This document shows, one piece after another, positions 1 through 11,934 of a stretch of DNA of 64,000 bases. Every line of letters starts with the position of its first letter. Position 1 is the first letter of the stretch. The notes under the pieces were generated by a model. It saw only the letters and a program-made list of their open reading frames with translations, ran no database searches and was not told the DNA's origin. The stretch lies in the NCBI GenBank assembly GCA_037379345.1, contig CM074521.1:33380704-33444703 (forward strand), in the 5' to 3' direction. Position numbers and translations under genes: made by a program. Source of the DNA: Perna viridis. Taxonomy: Eukaryota.

Positions 1-189
1 TTTGCAAACAGTTGGCGATATTTATCAACATCAAATCTGTGGAACAATTCATTTGTAAGGAGTACAAAAAAAAAAAAAAACTGCAACTGGGTACTAATAA
101 CGTACACAGGACATGACCATATGTTTGTTCTTTAAATTATAGTAATAAACAAATAAAAAATAAATAAGTTATATACATATCAAGGAGTA

Positions 190-305
190 TTAATCAAAGG
201 AACCAAGATTCTAGTGAAAATCAAAAGAATGTAAACCAGGGACAAAGACCAAACATGGAAAACAGACATACACAACAAAGAATATAAAGTAACCAACATA
301 ATACC
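190..305 (-). mobile_element. Isolated 3'-end fragment of the Penelope-like (Naiad-type) family
   Basis: aatcaaaggaaccaag...aatcaaaagaatgtaaaccagggaca...catacacaacaaagaa matches 22882-22990 and the reverse complement of about 32660-32785. Confidence 0.75.
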
Positions 306-994
306 TACAAAGTTAAAAATAAAAAAATACACAAAATGGAGTTTCACCGGGAACTATTATCTGAGTGATATAAAAGCCTTACAGAAAGAATAGAGGAATA
401 TGTAGAGAGGATGAACAAATCCCAAATCTGGCTATGCTAAAACATAAATACATACATATTTTACAGACAGACCGTCTTTATTCAGGCAAAATTAGACATT
501 AGTGACGTCACATGAGAACATGTCTAAGAGGTAGGATACAAAGTCCTGTCACTCAATTATTTTATTAGAGGTCAGTCATGTCACATAACAATATACCTGA
601 GAGGTATACTGCTTCTGCTCAAAAAGCTCTCAGCCAATCAAAGGACATGATTTTTGTCAAAAGCAGGATTAAATGGTACCATATTGCACAACTCAGGGGT
701 ACACAATTAAGAACAAAAAAAATACACTGTAACACGGTCCTTTATTTTATCTTCATTATAAATTAGAATGTAAAAACAACCATCTCTGTACTGACATTTT
801 TCAAAAATATATTCAATTATCAATATATACATGATATACTGTACAACCTTGCACAAGCCATACTATTTGACAGTGGATGAAATAACAATAAACTTAAATG
901 GTATGATTCTTGATTATAAAGTCTGCACCAAGCTTGGCCATAGTGTTCAAAGCTATAATATCCTTACACCATCATTTCCTTACATGCTTAAGGT

Positions 995-1282
995 TTATAT
1001 TGCATTGTAAGGAGGTGGAACAGGATATGGATAAGCTGGTGGTCCATGGGGATATGGACCCTGAGGTCCTTGGTATTGGGGACAAGGGCTCTGTCCAGGG
1101 GGTGGTGGTCCAGGATAAAAGTTTCCATTTGGTTGACTTTGTAGTCCTTCTTGGTCTGGATGCTGACCTTGACCTTGCTGCACATGTTGTTCAACAACAA
1201 TGTTTCTCTGACCTAGCACCATGGTAACTGGAAGATCCCTGACCTCCTCTTCCACATCGAGATATTTCACTTTACGGTTTAC
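995..1282 (-). CDS. Terminal coding exon 5 of the 309-aa gene (Pro/Tyr/Gln tail)
   Basis: ctttag|GTA AAC CGT AAA GTG...; continues into the ORF-track 995..1270 frame and its stop. Confidence 0.9.
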   Translation of the reverse strand, partial: VNRKVKYLDVEEEVRDLPVTMVLGQRNIVVEQHVQQGQGQHPDQEGLQSQPNGNFYPGPPPPGQSPCPQYQGPQGPYPHGPPAYPYPVPPPYNAI

Positions 1283-4200
1283 CTAAAGGTAAAGATAAAA
1301 ATTAGTTAGAAACACTCTAATTGGTAACAAGGTAAAAAGATAGAAATAACAGAACAACAACAACAACTCATAAGATCTCAAATAAAAGTCTATGTAAATT
1401 TATGTTTGGTCTAATGCTGAGTAAAAGATTTTTTTTATCCCAGCTCCACTCCTCGCATGCCTTAAGACACTATCATCCCACAATCAATAACAGATAATCT
1501 GAAATAGAACAACACCGTGGAACACCATTATCACATACTCACTGTACTTAAGTTACACTGTAATGTTATCAATATATATTCCATTCACATGGTTAAATTA
1601 CATGAGTTTTAAGCTTGGCAGAGAGTATTCCTGTTTCTGTAATATCTGTTCATTCTTATTCATACAAACCTTGTCAAATTCAAATTTACTTATTTTATTT
1701 CACTAGGAAATTATCTCTAACAATATTTTTTTCTTAACAAGGACTGAATTTTATAAAAATTCATCAGGACTGCACAAAGAGAGGAGGATAAAAAAGTTTG
1801 ATAGACCATAGCATAGAAAAAATAAATATATGTAGGAGTTATAATTGCGTCAAATAGGGAGCACACAAAATTAGAAAAACAAAATTTCATCAAAATCTCT
1901 TCAGCAGTTTAGGAAGAGTGGTGCTTACAAAAAATAAGACAGATGAAAGCACAGACAAAAAAGACAAACAGGGTGATTCCTATATACCCCAAATTTTGCT
2001 TGCAGGGATAATAAAGATTCAGATGAGCAGACAAACAGAGATAGAGACACATATAATAAAAGCAAATCGTCTTCCATTGAACAGAAAGAGAAATATCTTC
2101 AATACATGTACATACCAGATAGCATGGTCCTCCAAACAGTAACCAGAATGGAAAACAGCAGAGGACACAAACTGGATGTACACAACAGTCCAACGGTGTA
2201 GAAGAGTTGTGTATATAGATACTCAGGTTCCCATTATCACTGTTGGAGCGACTGTCACAGAAAGTGACCTCAGCATCAACAATACCACTATACCACTGTC
2301 TGATACACTGACCAAATCCAATCTGTCAACAAATAACTTATGAATTTCAAACAAATAATGAGATGATTATTAATAGTATACCAATAGGAAAAATCTTTTC
2401 TTTTTTTGTTGGGGGTGGAGGGGGGGGGTCAGCAAGGATCAAGTCATTAAGTTCTAATTCTCCTGACCACACTTCAGGTGAACATATGAGAATGAAATGG
2501 TACCCATCTTCTATATCATTTTTACAAAAAAAAAATATTTAATCTATATTATTTCTTACAATGCCATTAAGTCTTCCATTTCTATACCTACCTAACCACA
2601 TTTTTGTTGTACATGTTTTGTAATTATTAAGATTTATACCTTAATACAAAACTTCTTTCCATCTTGCATGTATTGCATTGCCTCAGACAGTCTTCGGGAT
2701 AGTACCTCTTTTATGGCAAAGTGTTGGGTATTCACCAAGATAGCAAACTCATCTGTGTATTAAAATATGAATGAATATTAGTTCTTTTCTATCCTGAATA
2801 GCTTTTATTGACAATTTCTTTTTTTCAGAGTTCTTTTAAAGTGGTAGTATTAATGAAAAATAGGGATAAAACATTAAAAAAGAGCAATAACTCCAATATG
2901 GCATGAACCCTATATACTAAAATGGGATTGTGCTAAAAACCAAACTGAGCCTGTATTTTATACCAATACACAACTGTGCTGGGGTTTGAATAAAATAAAC
3001 TAGACATTGCCCCTAACAACACACAATTAATATTGGACACAAAATTTATGTTGATAAACTAGGCATTTTTGAAAAACAATTTTGCTGCTATATCTTATTA
3101 GCTTTTGATGTTGACAACACAATGACAGAAAATGTCAGTAAATTAACTTAAACCATAAATTCCTAACAATATGCACATCCCTATATGGTCATTTAACACA
3201 CCATCAAGTTTTATGACATTAAGGAGGATTTGCAGACAACGGATCAGACCAACTTTGTCTGAAAAATTCCTACATGTAAGTTCAACAGCAGTCACTTCTA
3301 AAATTATTGTCCAACCATAAATTCCTGACAGTATGCACATCTCCACATGGTTAAATTACATCACACAAAGTTTCATAACAATGCTGCAAGCTGCTAAGTA
3401 AATAGTTTGGATAGGCTTAAAACAAAATTTATGGCTCAAGTGGAAGGTTTACACATATTGTAAACATGTTTCTTATCAGGCGTAACCATAGTTAAATCAG
3501 TTTTTATTTACAGTGACTCAACCAAGATAAGGACATATTAATAATTACTAATAAGGACAATAACACAATAAAGAAGTTGTTCTTTAACTTTGACCAAACG
3601 GAGAATTTTATTGGTTTTATCATAAGCCTTATCTCACTAGACAATTGAAAGTTTGTAAAGTTTTTCAAGCAGCATTTTCTAAATTTCTAAAATACATATT
3701 TAAAAACTGCCCTCTATTTGCTTCCCCACAAATCAAATAAATTAGATTAACCTTTCCACTTCTTTCTAACTTTCAATACAACATAATGATCAGTTCTTTC
3801 ATGTTCTACTTTTGCACGGAACAACAGGGGCATTCTGAGAAGATCCCTGGTCAGTCTGTGCACATCTTCAACAGTTTCTACCTTCAGCTCACTATAACAA
3901 GAAAATGTAGAAACCTCAATTTTTTTTCAAATGATTTGTTAAGTTTGGAAAGCAGACTTCAAGTGTGGGAATGTTAATCTTCATTTAGACTTTTCCTGTG
4001 TAAACCTAGAATTTTGAAAAGTCCTGGAAAACTGGAAGGTAATAAAAAATGTTTTGTTTTCTGAAACAAAAGTTTAGAGAATTTTAACTCAGTTGTCGTG
4101 TATTTAAAAACTTCACTTCTTAAGAATCAGGCAAAATGTGTATATGGTGTGGCACATGAAGAAAAAAAAATACTGAGATTTGATTGCAAGTGTTTATACC

Positions 4201-6438
4201 TCATAACGTTTAACATCCAGAAATAACCATCAAAGTGCCTTTTTTATGATATTGATAGGTCAAATTTAGTTGAAATGCCCCTTGAAAAAATAATGGGAAA
4301 ATTTAAGTATAAGCAGTAAATACATATCTACGTCACAGATCCTTCAGGACAAACTTAAAAAGCTTTTTTGGTTCTTATCTAGATGTTTCGAATATACTTG
4401 AGACAAAAATGATCAAACTGAGAAAAATGTTGCACCATCAATTGCCTGATTCTTACACAGAAAAGTACTTTATCTGGTAGCTGTATATCATACTTTAAAT
4501 CTCATCTTTTATTCAGAGACCAAAAGTTTTCATATAAAAAAAAATTAAAACAACTGATATTCAAATTATTGCACAAAAACCATGTCTACAGATGACAACC
4601 ACACTTATGGAAATGGCAACGGCAGCCCAATACCATGATGGAGTCGAGGGACCATATTCCCTGGGTTCTCATTCTTGCTTATAGTACTTTTTTTTCTTCC
4701 AAATTAAGGGCTGAACGGTAAATTAAAAACAGTACTAAATGATGTGATTTTGCTTTTAAATTTTCAGTCTGAAACCCATACCTGCCAACCTATGGAAGGG
4801 CAAATGAGCAAGACCTCAAGCATTCCAGCATAAAAAAGCCAGTCATAACGTGTGACGACATTTTTCTCTGGGTATTTTTAACTACAGAAAAATTCAATAG
4901 TAATTTTAATGCATGCTGTGACATTAATACAATAAAGAGAATTTAAACTCATTGTGTAATCATTTAAAGCTTGGATTGTAATCTGATGTAGCAGCTTCAG
5001 CTGCTTTTATCGCTGATAAAGAGGGTCTATATTCAAAACAGTTGTATGTCTGGTTTATCTTACAGGCTAGTAGTGCACATAGAGTGTGTCTTTCAGAATC
5101 TGCATTTGCGTTTGGTAAAATGAGTAGGGCTTTGACCAGTCTAGCAAAGACACTAAATCTTGTACTGTCAGTTATTGTATCTTCCACTAATCCCATTTTT
5201 CCCAAAAAAATAGTTCAATGTCATTTTCTAATTCCCAAGATTAGGAGTATTTGCAAAGGAATTTTTTCTATTTAGAATAACTTTCATCATTGGAAGTAGC
5301 AGGTCCTGACACAGAACGTTTCCGTCTTTCTAACATGTTCCCAAGTGAATGATGAAACATTTCATTCTACAAACAACTGACCCAATTTGCTTTAATTACT
5401 ATAAACACACACATGTGTTAATAATCTGTCAATGTCAACTGCTGTCCAGAGGCATTTTTTTTTGTTCACAAAATCAATTAACATTGATTGGATGAAAAAG
5501 TTTGAGATTCTCAAATGATTTTGATCTTTCTAAAATTCAGCACCATTCTGGAAGATTTCAGGTGAGAAGGGGGATTTGCGGGACCCAAGCAGGAGGTCTA
5601 GTCCTTGCAGGAGATGGGGCACAATTTTGCAGGGGGTTCCAGCCGAATTCGGGAGACTTGGAAAGTATGGAAACCATATCACCCTGTTCAAAGGATTGAA
5701 TCTGATATTTGTTTTCATAATAGATTTCGTAGTTCAATTTAAGAAAAATAATGAGCCTGTCTGGTGACTGCATTGCCATTGCAAGAACAGTTTCTACCTT
5801 TGGTTTTTTTTTCTTTTTTCTTCTATTTTTGGAGCTGTGTGACCAAATTGCTTTTGTAGGATACATTTAACGTGTATTTTTCTTTGATTTTGTGGCAAAA
5901 TAGGGTATTTTGTTTAAGATGTAAAAAACGTATTTTACAAGTACACTGCGATAGTGCAACGTTGTTTACAAGGACAGAAGTTGAATTCCAGAATTGGTCT
6001 ATTTCTTTTACAGGGATAAGCAGTCACAAAGTTGGCCATGGCTACCAGATTTCCAGCTGGACTATCAAACTTTCGGATAAAACAGTTGAATATATAGAAA
6101 ATATTAAACAAAATATGGTCTGGACTACCAACTTAAATTTCATAATTTTCATCCCTGTTTTATCAAATTCTAAAATTTTGAAATTAACAATTAAAGTTCA
6201 CAACTGATACATGTACTGGTAAGCCCTGCCCCATGTTAGAATACTAAATTTCTTACTGTAATGATAGTCCTCGGCCAGCCATGTCAAACACCAAGTCAGA
6301 ATGGTAATTCTGTCCTGGGCGAACAGCAGGTTCTATCAAATTATACATAATCTGGGGATTATTTTCAAATTGGGACCATAACACAGCCGTGAATGGTGGC
6401 AATGTCCTAAGGTTTAAATTGGCTGTCTGGACTGCCAT
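995..6438 (-). CDS. Five-exon gene, 309-aa uncharacterised protein with a Cys-rich hydrophobic segment and a Pro/Tyr/Gln-rich C-terminal tail; join(6438..6257,3891..3752,2752..2640,2322..2116,1282..995)
   Basis: All four introns are GT-AG (donors gtaaga, gttaat, gtataa, gtatgt; acceptors ttatag, acacag, tgacag, ctttag). Phases 2/1/0/0 splice into one stop-free 930-nt ORF: MAVQTANLNL...GLSLHELKVETV...KKWKDEFAIL...KFCIKIGFGQC...DCCVHPVCVLCCFPFWLLFGGPCYLVNRKVKY...PPAYPYPVPPPYNAI*. Start context is ggcgATGG. Minus-strand AATAAA lies downstream at about 561-566 and 478-483. Confidence 0.88.
2116..2322 (-). CDS. Coding exon 4 of the 309-aa gene (Cys-rich hydrophobic segment)
   Basis: tgacag|ATT GGA ... 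TAT CTG|gtatgt; 207 nt, phase 0/0. Confidence 0.9.
2640..2752 (-). CDS. Coding exon 3 of the 309-aa gene
   Basis: acacag|AT GAG TTT ... ATT AAG|gtataa; 113 nt, phase matches both neighbours. Confidence 0.88.
3145..3380. repeat. Two degenerate units about 160 bp apart, resembling bivalve Helentron-associated / Cg170-like satellite monomers
   Basis: aaccataaattcct(a/g)aca(a/g)tatgcacatc...atggt...aagttt occurs at about 3151 and about 3313. The family assignment is recalled, not searched. Confidence 0.45.
3752..3891 (-). CDS. Coding exon 2 of the 309-aa gene
   Basis: ttatag|T GAG CTG ... TGG AAA G|gttaat; 140 nt, open frame ELKVETVEDVHRLTRDLLRMPLLFRAKVEHERTDHYVVLKVRKKWK. Confidence 0.88.
4777..5669 (-). 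mobile_element. Internally deleted hAT-superfamily DNA transposon in intron 1
   Basis: Imperfect TIRs CATACCTGCCAAC (4777) and CTTGGAAAGTATG (ends 5669), flanked by a GAAACC direct repeat (4771-4776, 5670-5675). ORF 4960..5205 has hAT C-terminal dimerisation-like LLILPNANADSER...TLCALL...AAEAATSDYN. Confidence 0.8.
6257..6438 (-). CDS. Coding exon 1 of the 309-aa gene
   Basis: ATG at 6438; ends TTA CA|gtaaga (phase 2). Confidence 0.8.
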
Positions 6439-7799
6439 CGCCGATTTCAATTTTTCTGTCTTTCACAACAATCCACTGGAATTTCCGCGAAGTGTAGTGC
6501 AAAACTAAGAAACGAAATCAAAACGCTTAAAAACGAAACGCAATCAATTTACATCTACTTATATTCGGTATAGTAAGTGTAAATATATAAGTAATATGAT
6601 TTTATATGTTCCCGAAGGAAGCGTTTATGGTTGTATAATCAACTTGGTGCTGTATACTTGTGGCAAGAAAAAGCATCAATATCCGGTTTGTACCTTCATT
6701 TTCAGGAGCTGAAAACAGCATAATGGCAGCTTCATTTGCGTGTACTTGTATTTATCCTGCAAAGGACGCATTTTCTGCCAATATTGCCTGTCCAATATTG
6801 TAAATCGATATTGGGCAGTTATTTTTGGAATAACGTGGGAACTACTTTTTGCCTTGGAGTTGGAAACTGTAATTAAGCAATATGGCGGCCTCCATGTTGA
6901 TGTGGCTTAGAAAATCAGTCATACATGTTGTACGTTTTCTGCATGTAATATTTCTCCTCATTGGAAATTAAAAAGTTTGAATATTGAAATTGTGACTTTT
7001 TTATGTGATGTATAAATAAATGGTGTCTAGGTATTTTTTGTGCTATTTTGTATGTATAACCCCATGCTGGTCTATCTCTCTCGTTCCGCATTCCACTGCA
7101 GACGATCGGTAGTCGTCCACAAATGTCTTCCGACAGTGAAACGGAGCGTGCATCTCAATTAAAGATGGACTGGTCGCCGACGTTGAATTTTCTGAATCTT
7201 AATGTTTACATGCATCCACCGTCGAATTCCATGCAGGAATGACTCGTTTCGTGACGTCATGATACAGTAAAAGCGTTTGACAAGACTTGTTGACATTTTT
7301 ATCCAGGTGTAACACAGTTACCTTTTTCATTTATAGTATTGTGATATGTGGTTTTCACGATATAAAGTTTTTAAAAAAAATCATAAATTTATGAACTCAT
7401 TTAAGCGCCCATTGTCAACAATTTCTTCAGAAAAGTGCGTCGCCGGTTATGCTAACAAGAAATAACTCAGCCGTGCAACCGTTGTGTTGTATATGAATCA
7501 TTTTTTGGCATGGAATTACAAAGAAAATATTTTTCAAAATACTTTTTAAGTTATTTACATTTATAAAAATATTTAGGTTACAAATACAGAAAGCATTTTC
7601 TCCCGAATGTATTATTTTAAAAGGAATTGGCAGACTCGTACGGATTTGCAAACCCATACTGTCGCCAAGATATTACTTCGCGGTGTTGTTAGAGGGGCGA
7701 TAGGGGTACTTTCTGTAAACCGCATAAAAAGCGATTTTACATAGAATTGACTTAAACCAATATTTTGTTTTTATTTGCAGGATAAACACAATACAAAAC

Positions 7800-7924
7800 C
7801 AGTGTCCTAGCATATCGGAAATATGGGTTACTCGGCGCGAAACGGGGGTAAATCGCTCGGCAAAGCCTTGCGAAACCCCCGGTTCTTAGCCTCGTACCCA
7901 TATTTCCGATATGCTAGGACACTG
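7800..7924. repeat. 125-bp palindromic (hairpin) element
   Basis: Perfect 29-bp inverted repeat CAGTGTCCTAGCATATCGGAAATATGGGT (7800-7828 / 7896-7924) enclosing nested stems cgggggt/acccccg, tcgc/gcga and ggc-aaa-gcc. Confidence 0.9.
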
Positions 7925-8688
7925 ATATATGCGATTGAGAGTCAAACTAGTCTCGGAAAATATTTCGCTAGTTTCGATAATTAAATACAAATCGAATCAT
8001 ACCTTTTCCAGAATAGGGTTGGTCATAACAGTCTGCAGTATGGCATCCAAATAATTACGAATATTGCGTAATCAATAATATGGAGTAGGCATTGACTAAA
8101 TCAGCGAGCACGTGTACTGTCTGTGTGGGATTCGTCAGAATAATAAAAACATTACAAAAATGAAAAAGGGTGGGGGTCGGACGAAATTTTTTGTTTCGCT
8201 AGTGCAATATTTCTATTTAAATTTCAAAGGCAATCGAAATCAATATTTTTATTTGAAAATCTGTCTTGTTAAATAATGGGGATTTTTTTTCAATGAATGA
8301 GCAAGGAGCTAATTTTTGGCTGCTTGAAACGAGTGACTACGAAACAATTTTTTCCCAAAAAAATTTCCAACCCCATTCTCCTTTTCCCATAGCCTTTTAA
8401 ATAGTCGATAGCTATGTAACACTTGTTATATATGACGATTAGGATATTGATAATCAACAGTTTACTGATAAAACTCTATACACCCATGAAAAGATGATAA
8501 ACATTTCCCAGTGACATTCTGTCGTTCTATTGTTTAAAAAGTACCTACCGCCGTATCAGAGATTTCTTGTTATATACCATGTAGATTGATGATGTAATTT
8601 AGTGTAGAATAAAATGCTGATCTAAACAGACGCCTTCGATCTATACGCAATCCTGTTATGATATAAATTGTAAGGAAAACATAACAAC

Positions 8689-9085
8689 ACTTCGCCATAC
8701 TTTACAATTTTTATTAAAAGCGTCTCTAGTAACATCCTTTTCAGTTTTAGCCGGTCAGATCAATTTGTACAGATACCGGAAATATTACAGTTCTCCACGA
8801 TTGGTGGGAAAATTTTACACCATGTGACGTAAACAAAATTCAGACGCAACTGACAGCTGGAAACAAGAAAATGATTGCCTTTCCTATCTTAGAAAAGCTA
8901 TGCTTCAATTTGAATAATACAATCGGAGTTGTATTTTTTCCCAGGCAGGTTAGGTTCTTGACAACAGCAGAGATCCACGTGTTTCCCGAAGTATTTTACA
9001 ACATCACATTCACTTCTATAAATAAGTAAAAAAAAAGTTATTGAAAACTATCAGAAATGATTAATTTATTTTTACTGAAACGTAA
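8689..9085. repeat. Unclassified interspersed repeat, copy 1 (second copy at about 21315-21760)
   Basis: Colinear similarity: acttcgccatactt...taccggaaatattacagttctccacg...caactgacagctg...tacaatcggagtt...ggttaggttcttgac. Confidence 0.8.
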
Positions 9086-9949
9086 TCTTAACCTATATTT
9101 TTTTTTATTTATTTGAATGAAGAAAATGATGAATTTTCTCCGTAAGGACAGTCACTTTTTGTTACTTCCGGGGCATGGCTTTTTTTCGTTAGTATAGTGG
9201 GGAATCTTATGGGAAATTTAGAAAGTACACGGTGCTCGCTATTACACATAATTCTCGGATCATAAAAATTGCAAAACGAAGCGAAAATAATCGATAAAAG
9301 AAAGAATTTAAACTAAACAATTCGATTTACAAAATGAATCAAATCGTAATCAAAAACATAATTCAACGAAGCAAATCGAAACAGGATGAAGCGAAACTAA
9401 ATTGAATAAAAGAAGTCTTTTAAGACGTTTCGCAAATTATAAGAACCATAACGTTAACCAGTGCCGGACAATTCGACCCAAAGACATTTCAGACCATGAC
9501 AGCCAATTATTCCTTATCAATGCCGGACATTTCGGCCAATAGACATATCAGACCTTGACAATTAGTACAATGCTTTAGAACACATATCATTACGAAATTT
9601 ACCGTATTTGAAGGTTATAAGTGTAATATATCAAATCAAAGCTGACAAAAATTATCAAAGTTGTTTTAATAAATGTTTCTTCGGGAGCGCTAAAAGGTAT
9701 CACCTTCATCATATTCAGTGTAAATATATAAGTAATATTATTTTAGGCTTTGCTTATGATGGTTGGAGCTCAATGTAGGATTTTAGACAAAACTGCGCCT
9801 CCATACTTGAACAATCGTCTACTTCCGTGTCGACAAATTTCGTCACTCCCCTTCAGAATATTTTAAAATCACTACTATATGGCTACTATTAATCCAAAAA
9901 TTTTCATAAGTCACTACAATAGCTACTATTGCATCAATATGTATCAAGA

Positions 9950-10073
9950 TGACTTCATTTCAAAAGTCATTACTGATTTGGCACAACTTTAACTTTCATG
10001 CAGCATTGAATTTGGAATAGTACTTTGCTTTCTTGGCAGGAGGTGCTGGAGATGAAATATTACGTTTGGGCAT
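9950..10073 (-). pseudogene. Possible remnant of a DNA-transposase N-terminus
   Basis: ATG at 10073 gives MPKRNISSPAPPAKKAKYYSKFNAA*K, resembling basic N-termini of hAT-type transposases; stops follow. Confidence 0.35.
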
Positions 10074-10396
10074 TTTGACGGTTGATGAGAGTGTTCTAAA
10101 TCAATAAAAAAATCACATAGTTCCTTCATTGACTTAGATCAAAAAAATATTTCATTTTCAGTGGATGCATGGTGAATGTTTCCATAACCGTCAAAAGATC
10201 AAATGTCCCGCATCAATATTTACACAATGAGTCCCAATGAGTCCCAATCGGTAATAAATTGTTTAATCATTTAAGCGTGTGCCACTAAAACTTGGGATAA
10301 TTGTCAATCATCTCCTGTATAACATCACACCTTTAAATTACGTCTCTCACTTTAAAGCTCTAAATTACTGTTTATGACCCTATATAAGATGTTCAC

Positions 10397-10495
10397 TAAC
10401 CCGAATAATCCAGTCCCTCTCCGTATCCGTTTCACTTCACTCTCGAGTGGAGTGATCGTAGGGAATGTAAATTAACGACTGCATTATTCGGGTTA
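10397..10495. mobile_element. 99-bp palindromic MITE with 9-bp TSD
   Basis: TIR TAACCCGAATAAT(c)CAGTC / GACTG(c)ATTATTCGGGTTA; central hairpin tcacttcactctcgagtggagtga; TSD GATGTTCAC at 10388-10396 and 10496-10504. Confidence 0.85.
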
Positions 10496-10849
10496 GATGT
10501 TCACCTGTCTACCTGAGATCAACCGGAAATGTCGTTATTCGATCCTCTCAGGTTTCTTCCTTCAGTAAATAAAAAAAATGGCGTCCAAAATTTGTTTACA
10601 GTATAAAGTTCGGAAATCGGTAGATTTTCTGTCTCAACGATAGAGCGGTCGGAAGGTTTTAATTCCGGTAGAATTGAACTACCGCCAGTAGGTTCACATG
10701 TATGCGGCCCTGCGTAGGTAAATATCTGATCACAGTTGGTAAGATTGCTGGGTAAGCCAATATGGCGGCGTTTTTCCTTTCTCTTCTGGCCAAACACCGT
10801 CAAATGACTGGGCTAATTTTAGTACCAACAGCTTTGACTCACCCAACTT

Positions 10850-11934
10850 AACATCAGACATAGATACATCACATGGAAGATCTTTCGATGTATCAGATGA
10901 TGACCCTGACTATTGATACGAGCACATGTGGGGATATTTTTCCAAGAACTGTACGATATGAGGAAAAAGAACACCCAAAGCAATTTCTATGTGCATACCT
11001 TAACATCAATAGCCTTCTGAGAACAAAACTTGCCATATAAAAGAACTTCTTCAACGAGGAACTGTTGACATGCTTTACCTTGCTGTTAATCTTACAAATA
11101 GACCTAATCATTGTTGTAATACATGTAGTTTTGGAACAGGCATTTGTCATGTCCACAATCTAATTGCCTTTCAATTCAAAATAGAAATTCCACCTCAAGT
11201 GAAAACTAGTAAATTTTACAGAAGTTTCAAATATTTTGATAATGAATATTTTTTAAGAGACTTAGAGCAGTCAGATGTAGACAATTTAGATTATACAAAT
11301 GTAAATAAAGCCTGTGATGTTTTTAATAACAACTTAATGGATGTATATAATAAGAATGTACAATTGAAAAGGAGAAATATTGTAAGAGCACCAGCTCCTT
11401 TTATGAATCGCAAATTGAAGCAAGCTGTATTTAAGAAAAGAATGCTTCATAATGTATTTAAAAGCCAAAGAGATTCTAAGTCATGGGAAGTATAGAGTAC
11501 AAAGAAATTGGGTAAATAAAATAAAGCGTGAATCTGTAAAAAAGAGTATTTTATAGAACGATGTGTAGGTGGTCCCAAAAGTACACTTTTGGCCCACCAT
11601 AAACCCTTATTTGACTAATAAAGGTAGCCATTTTGAATCAGATCTTGTGATTAGAGAAAATAATCAACTGTTAACAAATCAGAAAGATATTAGCTGTGTA
11701 TTTAATATTTTTTTTTATTGATGTAGCCAAAGACATAGGAAATAGTGAAATTCAAATAGATAACAACCACGCCAGCATTACTAAAATCAAACAAAATGCA
11801 AATGAACTACGCTTCAAACCTATTACAGAAGCTTTCACACAAAAACAGTTCAACAAAATAAATGTAAAAAAGGGTACTGGTTTTGATGAAATCTCAGATG
11901 AAATTCTGAAAATATCAGCACCAGTAGTAACATC
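10850..11934 (+). mobile_element. Degenerate CR1/L2-group LINE ORF2 fragment (end of APE endonuclease to pre-RT region)
   Basis: YRSFKYFDNEYFLRDL, APFMNRKLKQAVFKKRMLH, FWPTI, FFIDVAKDIG, KKGTGFDEISDEILK across frameshifts and stops. Confidence 0.85.

Noticed and set aside
910-1227. Plus-strand ORF 910..1227 and similar short ORFs (1918..2142, 38215..38547, 40551..40841 and repeats)
   Set aside because: Antisense shadows of real exons or of TE remnants, with no independent support.
5558-5866. ORF MYPTKAIW...KKKKKPKVETV as first exon of the host gene
   Set aside because: No good GT donor in the needed phase, and it runs into the hAT element; exon 6438-6257 fits with a consensus donor.
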